From the sequence record MT939241.1: DNA of 64,000 nucleotides, one strand, 5' to 3'. Every line of letters starts with the position of its first letter. Position 1 is the stretch's first letter. A program made the position numbers and the translations under genes. The stretch is from Enterococcus phage 9183. Positions 63,130-64,000 of the stretch are shown one piece after another. The notes under the pieces are model-generated. The model had not been told where the DNA came from. It worked only from the letters and a program-made list of their open reading frames with translations, and made no database searches.

Positions 63130-64000
63130 ATGAAATTTTTATTAGTAAAATTTTTTATAAAATTTAAGTTTTTCTTATAAAATTCTTTAAGACAGGTGTC
63201 AAAAAATATTTCGTTTTGGTACTTTTAGTGAGATCTGACGTCAACAACGTATTATCTACATTTCTCCATTTTTTTCTGACGGATAGGCCGGCTATAGAGA
63301 GAGACGGAGTCGGGTGGCTGGTTCCGCGAGGTCGTGCATTGATGCTGCATATAACACTCATATCTTCACTCATTACATTCATTGATGTAAAATGTGACGA
63401 AATATTGTGCACAAATATATGATCACTCATTCATATATAATGCATTACACACTCACACTCATGCATACATATCATACACTCCTATCATACAGCTTATACA
63501 CTACTCTATATCCTTCTATATCTATCTATCTATAATAGAGCAAATATAGTGCTAAAAATAGTGTCAAATATAGGTTAAAATAGCACTAAATATCGTCAAA
63601 TATATGTACTATTTCTATATTATTTACCTTATATATTCGTCTATATATTCGTACCTATATAATAGACGTATAAAATAGTGCCATAATATTGTGCTTATAT
63701 TTTATCCCTATTATTTATCCTATTATAACTGCCTTATATAATTGCCTGTAGAATAGTCCTATCTATTAGTCCTTCTATTTATTACCAGTCATATATGGTC
63801 AACAATTTCTATCTCTCTATTGTCCATTCATTTATATGGATAGTATATGGACCAATTGGCTGGCTGTCTATATCTATCTATATTGGCTGGATATATAGAC
63901 GGATATATTAGTGGATATATATGGCAGCTATTCTATCGGCTATTCTATCGGCTATCTAGGCTATCTATTATATATTATTATTTATATTATTATTTATATT
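63130..64000. repeat. ORF-free repeat-dense region running to the window edge: 12-bp tandem repeats, dispersed ATAGTG(C/T) motifs in both orientations, G-depleted strand asymmetry
   Basis: ggatatat x3 at 12-bp period (63889-63920), ctattctatcgg x2 (63928-63951), tattatttatat x2 (63973-63996), tatatattcgt x2 (63630-63653), and atagtgcta/atagtgtca/tagcacta (63546-63588). Confidence 0.7.

Noticed and set aside
63164-63430. Minus-strand 88-aa ORF and plus-strand 68-aa ORF in the terminal repeat region
   Set aside because: There is no RBS. The composition is dictated by the strand-skewed repeats, and they overlap each other. The region is better explained as non-coding.
63540-63700. Possible CRISPR-like array suggested by the repeated ATAGTG(C/T) motifs
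   Set aside because: The repeats are short (8-11 nt), degenerate, irregularly spaced and occur in both orientations. There are no 28-37-bp direct repeats with uniform spacers, so this is not a CRISPR array.

Overview
Low-GC (about one third G+C) window from a large tailed dsDNA phage of a Firmicute host. It is either a siphovirus-type phage genome or a prophage-derived segment. Organisation is strongly strand-segregated. (1) 143-30802, plus strand: replication and nucleotide-metabolism module. It encodes primase, a DHH/RecJ-like nuclease, dNMP kinase, a ThyA-family pyrimidine hydroxymethylase/methylase homolog, two dUTPase-family paralogs, a HAD phosphatase, a sugar-nucleotidyltransferase fused to an APH-like kinase, two putative GT-B glycosyltransferases, RNase H, thymidine kinase, DnaE-type Pol III alpha, RusA, a guanylate-kinase-like protein, a phage sigma factor and topoisomerase II subunits. 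This module is driven by more than 15 near-identical sigma-A-type promoters (TTTACA-N17-TGnTATAAT), often fused to upstream terminator hairpins. (2) 30838-60470, minus strand: tyrosine recombinase, lysis cassette (signal-peptide amidase endolysin, holin, small membrane proteins), tail, head and packaging modules. These include paralogous tail fibres, one carrying a GDPD domain, Tal, Dit, a tape-measure protein (TMP) with internal repeats, tail assembly chaperone, major tail protein, head-tail connectors, major capsid protein, prohead protease, portal, terminase large subunit (TerL), two tRNAs, terminase small subunit (TerS), and free-standing GIY-YIG and HNH endonucleases. (3) 60654-63097, plus strand: a further block of small genes. 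(4) 63130-64000: an ORF-free, highly repetitive, strand-asymmetric region with 12-bp tandem repeats. The main hunting results are: a candidate DNA cytosine hypermodification island (hydroxymethylase plus glycosyltransferases plus sugar activation); a phage sigma factor and a two-copy candidate late promoter motif; two candidate programmed ribosomal frameshifts (+1 in the tail chaperone, -1 at a CCCAAAA heptamer giving the capsid a Thr-rich tail); a promoter-to-terminator ncRNA candidate; and the terminal repeat-rich region, which may be an origin or a genome end.
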